A stretch of 64,000 nt of DNA from an uncultured Desulfobacterales bacterium (lineage in GTDB: Bacteria > Desulfobacterota > DSM-4660 > Desulfatiglandales > HGW-15): NCBI GenBank assembly GCA_964450535.1, contig CAYVDE010000001.1:50567-114566 (forward strand), written 5' to 3'. The notes under the pieces were generated by a model. That model saw nothing but the letters and a program-made list of their open reading frames with translations, searched no databases and was not told the DNA's origin. Positions 1-9,227 of the stretch are shown here, piece after piece. The number at the start of each line of letters is the position of its first letter. The stretch's first letter is position 1. The translations under genes and the position numbers were made by a program.

Positions 1-1
1 A

Positions 2-199
2 GTCGATGCGGCCTACACCATTTTTTCCTGGGATGATGTCAGCTTTTCCATCCAGAACACCTGTGATATAAAAAAGAGGGTGGTGGATGCCGATCTTCAG
101 GCGATACTGCTCGAGGCCATGAGACGGAAAGACGAAAACTCTGAATTGCATGAATCAGCCGGGGGCCCTTCGACTTTTGAGCCGCCCCGCCTTCAATGA
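2..199 (+). CDS. 3' end of an unidentified CDS entering from upstream of the window (65 codons, ends ...STFEPPRLQ*)
   Basis: Frame 2 is open from the window edge to TGA at 197-199. It is absent from the ORF track because it has no start. No recognisable motif. Confidence 0.3.
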   Translation, partial: VDAAYTIFSWDDVSFSIQNTCDIKKRVVDADLQAILLEAMRRKDENSELHESAGGPSTFEPPRLQ

Positions 200-330
200 A
201 AGGCGCTTAATACCCGAAACCACCGCCCCGGTGCAATCTCGTCCATGTTTTATTGAAGAATTTGATTCAGCGGGCTTTTTCTGTGAGCGCATGAACAGAC
301 CGGAGGCAATTACTCCGTAGGAGGGGCAAA

Positions 331-849
331 TTGCAATACACACTCGGACTGGCACAACTGGACAGCATGGAGGACGTGCTTCAATCGGACATCATGGGCC
401 TCGGGGTAACCTGTGTGGTCCTGATCGATATGTCCGGAAACATTATAGCTCATTCAGAAAACGGGAACATGAAGCATGACATCTATTCCCTTGCTGCACT
501 GGCCGCCGGTAACTTCGCTGCAGTCAGCGCTATGGCCAAGATCATCGGTGAGGGGGATTTTTCTTTGCTTTTCCACAGGGGAAAAAACGAGAGCATCCAT
601 TTTGGCAAGGTGATGAACAATTTCCTTCTGGTCACGATTTTCGGAAAAAGCGTCGCCCTTGGTGTTCTGCGCATGAAATTAGCGGAGGCGATCGGAAAAA
701 TAAATAAAATACTCAAAGAGACCACAACTGAGCAGGCACAACTGGACAGTGTCGAGGACGCCCTTCAATTCTGGGGACCGAAAGACCAAACGCCTGATCA
801 GATTCAACCCGACAGCGCTGAAGACGCCCTTCAATTTTGGTCGGCTTGA
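331..849 (+). CDS. Roadblock/LC7 (MglB-like) domain protein with a repeated QLDSxEDxLQ(FW) motif at both ends
   Basis: The core VVLIDMSGNIIAHSE...LAALAAGNFAA...LLVTIFGKSVALGVLR matches the Roadblock/LC7 pattern. TTG start, with AGGAGG at 319-324. Confidence 0.7.
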   Translation: MQYTLGLAQLDSMEDVLQSDIMGLGVTCVVLIDMSGNIIAHSENGNMKHDIYSLAALAAGNFAAVSAMAKIIGEGDFSLLFHRGKNESIHFGKVMNNFLLVTIFGKSVALGVLRMKLAEAIGKINKILKETTTEQAQLDSVEDALQFWGPKDQTPDQIQPDSAEDALQFWSA

Positions 850-1076
850 AGCGGAACCTCGACCGGGCCCCGTGCCGCGGGCATAGAAAGCAGGTATATT
901 TGAAGAGCACCGGCGAATCGGCTTTGCCGGGAGAACCGTCATCGACAAAGGACAACCGTGAAAACTCCGGTTACAGTCCAAAAAAACGGATGACTAAAAA
1001 ACGGGAGCATGTTATGCTCCTTAAAAATCCCCCCGCCCTCCCCCCGACTATTCATCCTGTATATTGAATACTGGAA

Positions 1077-1847
1077 ATGGACACTAAAGACATCTCATAT
1101 CCTGACATCAGCCTCAAGTACCGAAGGGGTGACCTCATAGTCAAAGAGGGCGATTATGGGATCTCCATCTACAAGGTAATAAAGGGGCACGTGCGAGTCG
1201 TTCAAGAGCAGGGGGAAACAGAGGTCGTCCTCGCCACCCTGGGGCCGGGTGAGATCTTCGGGGAGATGGCGTTGCTGAACAAGGCCACCGGGACCCGCTC
1301 GGCATCAGTCCGGGCCATGGATGAGGTGCAGCTGCAGGTGATTCACCCCGCAAGCCTGTCCAAGGAATACGCGGGGATGTCTCCCATCCTCCGCTATATA
1401 ACGAACCAGACCCTCAATCTCCTGCTCCAGCTGAACACCATGTACGTGCAACTGCTCAAGGAAAAGGCCCTGGACAAAGCACAGGCTCTCAAGGAGCCCG
1501 ACAACACCAAGAGAAACTACTATAGAAAGCGCCTTAATAGCTTCTGTATTTACAAACCGATTCACGGTGCCGGTAAAATCCGGCTTGACGGCCGTCTGAC
1601 TGACATAAGTGTTGGCGGCATCGGAATGGATGTGAGCGTAATGAATGCCTTGAACGTCTCACACGAGCCCGGAGACGAATTCGAGATCCAGACCACACTT
1701 CCAAACGGCAGGGATATCAATCTCGTGGGAAAAATCCTGACGGTCTCCAAAATGAGCAACGCCCCCAAGCGGCTTCAGCTCGGGGTCCAGTTCACCAAAC
1801 TCAACGGGGAGGACGCTAAGGCAGTCAAGTTTTTTATGATGTCCTAG
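1077..1847 (+). CDS. cyclic-nucleotide-binding domain + PilZ domain protein
   Basis: N-terminal cNMP fold (GEIFGEMALL...RSASVRA). C-terminal PilZ-like DISVGGIGMDV (D/NxSxxG). The upstream RxxxR motif looks degenerate (YRKRLN). Confidence 0.8.
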   Translation: MDTKDISYPDISLKYRRGDLIVKEGDYGISIYKVIKGHVRVVQEQGETEVVLATLGPGEIFGEMALLNKATGTRSASVRAMDEVQLQVIHPASLSKEYAGMSPILRYITNQTLNLLLQLNTMYVQLLKEKALDKAQALKEPDNTKRNYYRKRLNSFCIYKPIHGAGKIRLDGRLTDISVGGIGMDVSVMNALNVSHEPGDEFEIQTTLPNGRDINLVGKILTVSKMSNAPKRLQLGVQFTKLNGEDAKAVKFFMMS

Positions 1848-1946
1848 CAGCCGATTCTGCGGAAATGACCTCATTGTCCGGCGGGATTAAGATTGCGGAA
1901 GTAACCCCTTCCCCATACAAAACGGCGGGTCTCCCAGGAGGGCTAA

Positions 1947-2342
1947 ATGACCATTAACAGTCTTCTTTACGGTTACATGGTGGACGAGCAGGAACACCCC
2001 GACAAGAAGGTCATCATCGAGGAAGGCAGCATCGGGGACTGGATCTACGTTGTACTGGAAGGCCGGGTCAAAGTCAGGAAGAAGACATCCAGGGGTTTTG
2101 TGACCCTGGCCACCCTGGAGCAAGGGGCTGTATTCGGCGAAATACACCTCTTTCTGAAGCTGGACAGGGTCAGGAACGCGACGTATCAGGCGGACGGCCC
2201 TGTAAAGTTAGGCATACTGGACACCTCTCGCCTGGACCGGGAGTTCGAGCTTCTCTCGCCTCAGCTCAAGGCCCTTTTAAAGACCCTGGCCCGAAGGTTA
2301 TCAGAGACCATCGACAAGATCGGCCGTATGGCCTCCGCGTAG
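1947..2342 (+). CDS. stand-alone cyclic-nucleotide-binding domain protein
   Basis: IIEEGSIGDWIYVVLEGRVKV...GAVFGEIHLF fits the cNMP-binding beta-barrel. RBS AGGAGG upstream. Confidence 0.75.
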   Translation: MTINSLLYGYMVDEQEHPDKKVIIEEGSIGDWIYVVLEGRVKVRKKTSRGFVTLATLEQGAVFGEIHLFLKLDRVRNATYQADGPVKLGILDTSRLDREFELLSPQLKALLKTLARRLSETIDKIGRMASA

Positions 2343-2373
2343 TCTTTATGCACCTCACAGGGCGCAGAACCCA

Positions 2374-3579
2374 CTACGCCAATCCGTCCGCCCAAGCCAG
2401 TGAATCCAGAAAACACTTCGGCAAGCGGTCTTCAGCCAGCCCCAGCCTCCTGGAGCGTTCAGACACCTCCGCCCAGACACCTTTTTGGTAGCTCTCCGCC
2501 AGGCGGAGATATTCCCCCAGGGTCCCCTCCCCGTAAACGAGTCCCTTTTTTATCTCCCCGGAAAGGGGAAGTTTTTCCATGAGCGATTCCATGCTGTCAT
2601 CCATTATCGCGTCTATCAGGGAAAAAAGACCCAGCGTGAACAGCTCGGATCGGTCAGCCTTTGAGGGGCCGAGCTCGGCCAGGGCCTCACAGAATCGAGC
2701 CCTGACAACAGATTCCCTTATCAACTCGTCAGGCTTTCCCGAGGCCAGGCTGGCCATGGCAATGAGGGAAAGAAAGCGCCTGACACCCCTTTCCCCCATC
2801 ATCACTATAGCCTGCCTGATGGACGTAATCTCTGCTATAGGACGGAAATAGGCCGAATTTATGTAGCGAAGCAGTTTGTACGAGATCCCCACATCCCGCT
2901 CGATGATCCTTTCGAGCTTTTGAAACTCCATGTCACTGCGGTTCGCCTCTGCCATTATCTCCAGCAGATTCATCTGCGGGCTGGAGATGTCCCTTCCTTT
3001 CAGGATCTCGGGGCGACTGAAAAAATACCCCTGAAAGTAGCTGAACCCCATTTCCAGGGCCTGCTGGAACTCCTGGTAGGTCTCCACCTTCTCTGCAAGA
3101 AACTCGAGGCGGTATGCGGAGAGTTTTTTGAGAATCGGGGCCAGGGTGCTGAGCGGGGTGAGCGAAACATCGAACTTGACGATCCCGGCGAGTCCCATGA
3201 GTCGGGCCAGGTCCGGCCGGTACAGGAAGTCGTCCAGCGCGATGGTATAGCCTTTCTCAGCCATGTCGCGACAAGCCTCTATCAGCTCCTGGTCGGGCTC
3301 GATGTCCTCCAGGATCTCTATCACCAACTGCTCTTTGGGAAACATCATTGGGACGCGACGCACCAGCATGTCCCGTGTAAAGTTGACGAACGCAGTGCCG
3401 GTCCCGGTCACCTTGTCGATACCCATGGAAAAAAAGCCGGTGGACAGCACCCGTGATGTCGCCTCGGTCCCGTCGATCTCCGGAAAGACATTGGTCAGCC
3501 CGTCGCGAAAGAGGAGTTCATAACCCAGACGGGATTTATTTCTTCGAAAAATGGGCTGCCTCGCCACATATATGTCCAT
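2374..3579 (-). CDS. EAL-domain (c-di-GMP phosphodiesterase-like) + HDOD domain protein
   Basis: N-terminus QPIFRRN...GYELLFRDG plus LEILEDIEPD and the FLAEKVET/QGYFFSRP EAL signatures. C-terminal HDOD-like ISYKLLRYINSAYF...AIVMMGERGVRRF. Confidence 0.85.
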   Translation of the reverse strand: MDIYVARQPIFRRNKSRLGYELLFRDGLTNVFPEIDGTEATSRVLSTGFFSMGIDKVTGTGTAFVNFTRDMLVRRVPMMFPKEQLVIEILEDIEPDQELIEACRDMAEKGYTIALDDFLYRPDLARLMGLAGIVKFDVSLTPLSTLAPILKKLSAYRLEFLAEKVETYQEFQQALEMGFSYFQGYFFSRPEILKGRDISSPQMNLLEIMAEANRSDMEFQKLERIIERDVGISYKLLRYINSAYFRPIAEITSIRQAIVMMGERGVRRFLSLIAMASLASGKPDELIRESVVRARFCEALAELGPSKADRSELFTLGLFSLIDAIMDDSMESLMEKLPLSGEIKKGLVYGEGTLGEYLRLAESYQKGVWAEVSERSRRLGLAEDRLPKCFLDSLAWADGLA

Positions 3580-3764
3580 TCAACCGACTCCAACCGGGGG
3601 CACTCAAGTCCCCGGCTTCCATTCAGGCCCCATGGAAGTAGCACGACTCTTGTCCTGGACTTTGCAAGAACCATTCCCTAAAATGCTCCCATGCCAACAC
3701 GGCATCCGGTTTTCCCGAGGAGGCCCTTAAACCCGCAATCCCGTGAAGCGTTTGGTGGAAGCGC

Positions 3765-4850
3765 ATGCAGAACTCGAGTTCCGCTCAACCAGGGACGGAA
3801 GGTCTTGCCCCTTTTGTCGCTCAATTCCTCAAGGACCGTGGAGTTCCCCGGCCCTCGGAATTCGAAGCCGTTCCCATACAGCCTGACGGCTCGGAAAGAT
3901 CGTTTTTCAGGATCCGCCACGAAGATTGCGATCATACATTCATAGCCGTTCTGAATCCACCCACAAGCCCTTTCCTGAAGAGGGAAAACACCGCCTACCT
4001 GAAGATCGGCATTCACCTGCGGGCACGGGGTTTACCGATTCCGGAGATTTACCACTGGGACCTGGACGGCGGCCGGTTCCTGATAGAGGATATGGGAGAC
4101 CTTCGGTTGCAGGATGTACTGCGCTCCGGCGTTCCCTCTCAAGGCCTTGAAGAAGACGTCCTTAAGACCCTCTTTAACATGCAGTTTCAGGGGGCCGCAG
4201 GTTTCGATCAGGCCTGGTGCTGCCAGACCGCTCGCTACAACCGGGAATGCATGCGCCAATACGAGTCCGGTTACTTTCGGGACGCCTTTTTATCACGATA
4301 CCTGGGCCTTGACCTGAACCCGGATATGCTGGATCCATCTTTTGACCACCTGGCCTCGGTTGCCTCCGGGGCCCAATCCAGGTTCTTTCTCCACCGGGAC
4401 TTTCAGAGCCGCAACATACTGGTAACCAGCAGGGGACCGGCCTTTTTAGACTGGCAGGGAGGGCGCATCGGCCCTTTGGGATACGACCTGGCCTCGTTCC
4501 TGATAGACCCCTATACGGGCCTTTCCGAGTCCAAGCGTCAGAGGCTGTACAGGTTCTACCTGGAAATGCTCCGCGAGCATGACCCTTCACAGCTTCAATC
4601 CTTTGAGGATACGTATCCATACCTGGCCGTACAAAGAAACATGCAGATCTTAGGAGCGTTCGGCTTCCTGAGCCTGGTTCGGGGAAAACCTTTTTTCAGA
4701 TCCTTCATTCCGGCGGCGGGCCTTTCCCTGCTGGACCTCCTGACCGGCCTGAAAGACCACCGGCTTGACCCCATCACCGAAGTCATGGAGTCAACCCGCG
4801 AACGCTGGCTTAGGACTTGTGGAAAAGGAACTCAACACCTATTATCCTGA
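3765..4850 (+). CDS. aminoglycoside-phosphotransferase/choline-kinase-fold kinase (AmgK-like)
   Basis: Brenner motif FLHRDFQSRNILV, then FLDWQGGRIGPLGYDLASF. Sits 17 nt upstream of the AMP-ligase. Confidence 0.7.
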   Translation: MQNSSSAQPGTEGLAPFVAQFLKDRGVPRPSEFEAVPIQPDGSERSFFRIRHEDCDHTFIAVLNPPTSPFLKRENTAYLKIGIHLRARGLPIPEIYHWDLDGGRFLIEDMGDLRLQDVLRSGVPSQGLEEDVLKTLFNMQFQGAAGFDQAWCCQTARYNRECMRQYESGYFRDAFLSRYLGLDLNPDMLDPSFDHLASVASGAQSRFFLHRDFQSRNILVTSRGPAFLDWQGGRIGPLGYDLASFLIDPYTGLSESKRQRLYRFYLEMLREHDPSQLQSFEDTYPYLAVQRNMQILGAFGFLSLVRGKPFFRSFIPAAGLSLLDLLTGLKDHRLDPITEVMESTRERWLRTCGKGTQHLLS

Positions 4851-4867
4851 CAACCAAGGAGGACACC

Positions 4868-6457
4868 ATGTTCCGAGAGCACCATAATACCCTCGACATT
4901 CCCGACGCCCCGATCACCCGGCTTCTGGAAGATACTGCGGCCGGCCATCCTGATCATATCGCCGTTACTGTGGACGGCAGGGACATGACCTACGCCGAAC
5001 TGCTCGGGGCAAGCCGGGCCTTTGCTTTCGGTCTTCGAGCCCGGGGCGTCAATAATGGCGACAGGGTGGGCCTGATTCTCCCCAACCTCCCACAGTACGC
5101 CATTGCATTTTTCGGCATCCTTCAGGCCGGCGGAGTGGTAGTCAATCTAAGCGTCATGACGCCGGGCCAGTCCCTCAAGGGACTCCTTGCCCACTCCGGT
5201 GCCGAGATCGCCGTCACCGCCGACGTTTTCGCCCAACCACTCCTGGAAGCGGCGGAAGGAGACGGGCTTAGAAAGCTGATTCTCGTTTCGCTTTCAGGCC
5301 AAGACCCGCCCAAGAGAACAGGGGCCGATACGCTCGAATGCATCCCGTTCGAGGCCCTGTTTCAAAACCTTTCACCCGCGCCCCTCCCAACGGACATAAG
5401 AGGCCGTGACACAGCAGTCTTCCAGTACACCAGCGGCACCACGGGCCGTCCCAAAGCGGCGGTCCTGACTCACCGGAACCTCTTCGCCAACGTGCTCCAG
5501 ATAGACCGGGCCGTAAACGTTCCCGTGCCGGAAAACGGCGGCACAGTCTGCGTTATACCCTTCTTCCACGTGTTCGGCATGACTGTCTGTCTCCTTTCAA
5601 GCATTCACAAGGGATATAGAATGATTCTGGTTCCCAGGTTTGACTGGTCTTCCGTGCTCTCTCTCCTGGAAATCATCAAGACATACCGGCCCGTGTCCTT
5701 GCCCGCGGTGTCCTCCCTGTGGGCCGCGCTCGTTTCACACCCCGAGGCCGGAGACTATCCGCTCGACGCCGTAATAGTCCCCAGCGGGGGAGGCTCCCCC
5801 CTGCCTGCGTGGGTACAGGAGCGCTTCAAGGCCATGACCGGACGAAACATCATGGAGGCCTACGGGCTCTCAGAGGCGTCTTCCACCACCCACATCAATC
5901 CCCTTGACCGTGTGATCCCCGGAAGCATAGGCGTTCCGCTGCCCGGGACCGAGGCCCGCGTTGTCGACCTCGAGACCGGTGAGAGCCCTTGCCGCGAGGG
6001 AGAGATAGGGGAGTTGATCGTCCGCGGGCCCCAGGTCATGAAGGAATACTGGCTTGAACCTGAACTCACCGCCAAGGCGATTCGAAACGGATGGCTCTAC
6101 ACGGGCGATCTGGCCAGATCGGATCAGGAGGGGTATTTCTACGTGGTGGACAGAAAGGACGATCTCATAATTTCGAGCGGCTTCAACATCTATCCCACCG
6201 AGATCGAGGACCTGCTGATAAGCCATTCGGACATCAAGGCCGCGGCGGTGGTAGGTACGAAAGACAAGATCAGGGGACAGGTGGTGAAGGCCTTCGTAGT
6301 GCCTGAACCGGAAAAGAACCTGACGCGTGAGGATGTTCTTGCGTTCTGCCGGGCCAACCTGGCCGAGTTCAAGGTACCCAAGACTGTGGTTTTTACGGAA
6401 GATATCCCCCATGCACCCACGGGCAAGCCCATCAGGAGGGCGCTGAGGGGCGCTTAG
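4868..6457 (+). CDS. AMP-dependent acyl-CoA/acyl-ACP ligase (ApeH-like adenylating enzyme)
   Basis: AMP-binding motif FQYTSGTTGRPKAAVLTH, plus YTGDLA and PTGKPIRR. Start moved to ATG 4868, which has AAGGAGGA 5 nt upstream. Confidence 0.9.
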   Translation: MFREHHNTLDIPDAPITRLLEDTAAGHPDHIAVTVDGRDMTYAELLGASRAFAFGLRARGVNNGDRVGLILPNLPQYAIAFFGILQAGGVVVNLSVMTPGQSLKGLLAHSGAEIAVTADVFAQPLLEAAEGDGLRKLILVSLSGQDPPKRTGADTLECIPFEALFQNLSPAPLPTDIRGRDTAVFQYTSGTTGRPKAAVLTHRNLFANVLQIDRAVNVPVPENGGTVCVIPFFHVFGMTVCLLSSIHKGYRMILVPRFDWSSVLSLLEIIKTYRPVSLPAVSSLWAALVSHPEAGDYPLDAVIVPSGGGSPLPAWVQERFKAMTGRNIMEAYGLSEASSTTHINPLDRVIPGSIGVPLPGTEARVVDLETGESPCREGEIGELIVRGPQVMKEYWLEPELTAKAIRNGWLYTGDLARSDQEGYFYVVDRKDDLIISSGFNIYPTEIEDLLISHSDIKAAAVVGTKDKIRGQVVKAFVVPEPEKNLTREDVLAFCRANLAEFKVPKTVVFTEDIPHAPTGKPIRRALRGA

Positions 6458-6710
6458 CTGAATCACTCCTCTCGCGTATGTAATCGGCCAGGACGGCCAC
6501 GGATCGGAATGCCACACGACCCTCTTCGGCGTTGCGGATCTCTACACCGAAGTGCATCTTGACAAGAAGGACCAGTTCGATGGCGTCGAGGGAATCAAGA
6601 CCCAGGCCCTCCCCGAAAAGAGGGGCGTCGTCGGAGATGTCCTCCGGAGTGATTCCCTCGATGTTCATCTCTTCCGAAATGATACGCTTGATTCTCTCCC
6701 GTATGTCCAT
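6432..6710 (-). CDS. acyl carrier protein
   Basis: Phosphopantetheine site LGLDSLDAIELV. 92 aa. The 3' end overlaps the ligase 3' end by 26 nt (convergent). Confidence 0.85.
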   Translation of the reverse strand: MDIRERIKRIISEEMNIEGITPEDISDDAPLFGEGLGLDSLDAIELVLLVKMHFGVEIRNAEEGRVAFRSVAVLADYIRERSDSAKRPSAPS

Positions 6711-6770
6711 CGGCTTCTCCCTGCATCGTTTCTAAGCGTAATCTAAGATGAAGGCTTAATGTTTTTACAG

Positions 6771-7967
6771 CTATTTGGGGCGGGCCCTGCCCTCCCACGT
6801 GATCATAAAGGCCATGACAAAGACCACCCCGCCCACTGCAAGCCCCAGGATCGGCCCTACAAGCAAGGATCCGATGAGCCACTCGTAAATCCGCTCCAGT
6901 GCCTGGTACCCGAGGGTCTGAAGAGACACCTCCGTAAGGAAGCGGCCGTGCCTCATGAAGTACCCGGCCTCAATGCAGAGTGCCGGGACCAGGGGGGGCA
7001 TGCACAACTGGCTTGCCGCAACCGCCGCGATCCGGTTCAGGCGCATGAATCCCGCAGAAAAGAGGATGGCCACCGTGTGGAATCCGATGATGGGAAGGGC
7101 TCCCACAAAAACTCCCAGGGCGACCGCCGCGGCCAGCCTGCCGGGAGATGCGTCACCCTTCATCAGGACACGCAACGAACGGACGGGGTGCAGAATGGAC
7201 ACACCGGGTCCGCCATCTCCTGAGGCGCCGGGAAGCCTTGTGTGAGGCCGGGGAAGCATTGAACGCATGCTGAGTCTTGTGTTCAGCAGGGCCAGGCGGG
7301 TGTTATCCCGCAGCAGGCTGAAGTGGGAAACGTGCAGGTCTTTGGGGGGATAGACAACCGACACGTCGACATCTCGAACCTCCACCCCGGCCCATGCCGC
7401 CCTTACCAGCACCTCGATCTCAAATGCAAAACCCTTTTCCCGTAAAGGCAGGTGCATGAGGACGTCCAGGGGGTAGGCCCTGAAGCCGCTCTGGCTGTCT
7501 CCGATCTTGCGGCCGGTCTGGACGCGAAACCAGAAATTGGAAAACGCCCTTCCAAAACGCCTTGACAGAGGAGCGCCCGCGGCCTGAAAATCCCGCTTTC
7601 CCACCAGCAAGGCCTTCGGGTACTCCTCTATGGCAAGGAAAAAGCGGTCGATTTCAGCCGGATTGTGCTGACCGTCGGCGTCGAGGGTTATAATGTGGGT
7701 CACGCCCATTGAGTGCGCCTCTCGCGCCGCAGTGATAATAGCCTTCCCCTTTCCACGGTTTTTGTCGTGACGCACGACTCGAACCGGAAGTCCCACAAGG
7801 ACTCCGGCTCCTTGGTCCGTGCTCCCGTCATCCACCACAAGAACCCGGTCATGAGCCTTCAGGGCTCGCTCAACGACTTCCCGAAGGGTCGCCGAATGAT
7901 TGTAAACCGGGATTACGATCAGAATTTCCTTCATTGATGGCCGTGCCGTCCTTTCTGGTTGCCGCAT
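6771..7967 (-). CDS. family 2 glycosyltransferase fused to a polytopic membrane domain (DUF2062-like)
   Basis: VIPVYNH, VVDDGSTD and LDADGQH (DxD) in the N-terminal half. Hydrophobic C-terminal roughly 130 aa. An alternative start exists at 7934. Confidence 0.8.
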   Translation of the reverse strand: MRQPERTARPSMKEILIVIPVYNHSATLREVVERALKAHDRVLVVDDGSTDQGAGVLVGLPVRVVRHDKNRGKGKAIITAAREAHSMGVTHIITLDADGQHNPAEIDRFFLAIEEYPKALLVGKRDFQAAGAPLSRRFGRAFSNFWFRVQTGRKIGDSQSGFRAYPLDVLMHLPLREKGFAFEIEVLVRAAWAGVEVRDVDVSVVYPPKDLHVSHFSLLRDNTRLALLNTRLSMRSMLPRPHTRLPGASGDGGPGVSILHPVRSLRVLMKGDASPGRLAAAVALGVFVGALPIIGFHTVAILFSAGFMRLNRIAAVAASQLCMPPLVPALCIEAGYFMRHGRFLTEVSLQTLGYQALERIYEWLIGSLLVGPILGLAVGGVVFVMAFMITWEGRARPK

Positions 7968-8259
7968 CTATTCCCTACCCAAAAGGAAGAGGCTTTTCAA
8001 CTCTCTTGTACGAACCCCCCACCGCAAGATCGGTTGTCCCGAATTTCCCGCCCGCAAACCGTTCACTTCAATAAAGAACAAATTTGCCGTTGCTATACTC
8101 CTGAACAGCTGCCGGCTGTCGACATAACCGCGGCTCTCATACGGTTTGACGATGTTGCAATGAATAGGGTAAGATCTGCAACCCCGGATGACAATCAAAT
8201 GGTGATATGGTTTTCACCCGGTTTTGACGAGTCAATTACTTGGATCGCGGTTCCCGATT

Positions 8260-9129
8260 ATGAAGAGCTTCCTGGTGAATCTACTGCTCCGTACGAGCCG
8301 GCTGACAGGAGGTTGGTTTCTTCGAACAGTAGCCTACGTGATAACGGGGGGATACTTCCTGTTCAGGCCCAACCGGGTCCGGGCGGGCATGGGACTTTAC
8401 AGGGCCCTTTTCCCGGAGCGGGGTCGGGTCTTCCACCTTTACGCTGTGTGGCGGCAGTTTACGGATTTCACCGCCGCATACTGTGATCGCCTGGAACTGG
8501 AGCAGGGAAGAGAAATCCACAAGACTGAAGAGGGATGGTCCTTTCTCGAGGAAGCCGCCGAACAGGGGCGGGGGGGGATCCTGCTGGTGTCTCACTTCGG
8601 CAACCTGGAAATAGCGGCCAGGCTGCTGAGGCGTAAGGGCCTTCCGGCGCTCCTGTTAATGGGGGAAAGGGACCCCAGGCAGGTAGCCAGGCAACAGCGG
8701 GAGGCCATGAAAGAGGAGGGCCTGGACATCCTTCTCTCCTCTCCGGAAGGAGGGTCTCCCTTTGACGGGCTCGAAGCCCTTTATTACCTCAGGGACGGCG
8801 GATTCCTGGCAATGGCCGGTGATCTTGCCTGGCAGCCCAGGCCCAGGCTCGTGGAGGCCCCCTTCCTGGGAAAAACTATCCTGCTGCCGGAGGCCCCGCA
8901 TGCCCTCGCCCTGGTTACAGGGGTTCCTCTCTTCACGCTGTGGGTGTTTAGAAAAGAAAGGGCCTCCTATCATGTGGTGGTCTCAAAACCACGCTATGTG
9001 GAGGCCGCCTCTCGGAAAGAACGTGCGGAAGCGATTCGACGATCCGCTCTTCTATACGCCCAGGAGCTGGAAACGGCCTTGAAAAGCCACCCCTGGCAAT
9101 GGCATGTCTTTGAACCCGTATTAAAATAA
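8260..9129 (+). CDS. LpxL/HtrB-type lysophospholipid acyltransferase (ApeD-like)
   Basis: N-terminal TM segment and the acyltransferase motif LLVSHFGNLE. ATG 8260 chosen; the ORF also opens at TTG 8224. Confidence 0.7.
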   Translation: MKSFLVNLLLRTSRLTGGWFLRTVAYVITGGYFLFRPNRVRAGMGLYRALFPERGRVFHLYAVWRQFTDFTAAYCDRLELEQGREIHKTEEGWSFLEEAAEQGRGGILLVSHFGNLEIAARLLRRKGLPALLLMGERDPRQVARQQREAMKEEGLDILLSSPEGGSPFDGLEALYYLRDGGFLAMAGDLAWQPRPRLVEAPFLGKTILLPEAPHALALVTGVPLFTLWVFRKERASYHVVVSKPRYVEAASRKERAEAIRRSALLYAQELETALKSHPWQWHVFEPVLK

Positions 9130-9227
9130 TGTCCCCGGATACACCCGAGGTCCCAAGATCAGCCTCCCCAGGTCTTGCGCGCCATCGCGCCGTGGCCTTG
9201 GGGAACCCTTAATTCAGGAGGAAATCA

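Noticed and set aside
1004-1020. 7-bp hairpin GGAGCAT-GTT-ATGCTCC that looks like a terminator
   Set aside because: The T-run follows it only on the minus strand, where there is no upstream gene to terminate. On the plus strand the tail is A-rich. Function unclear, so it is not called.
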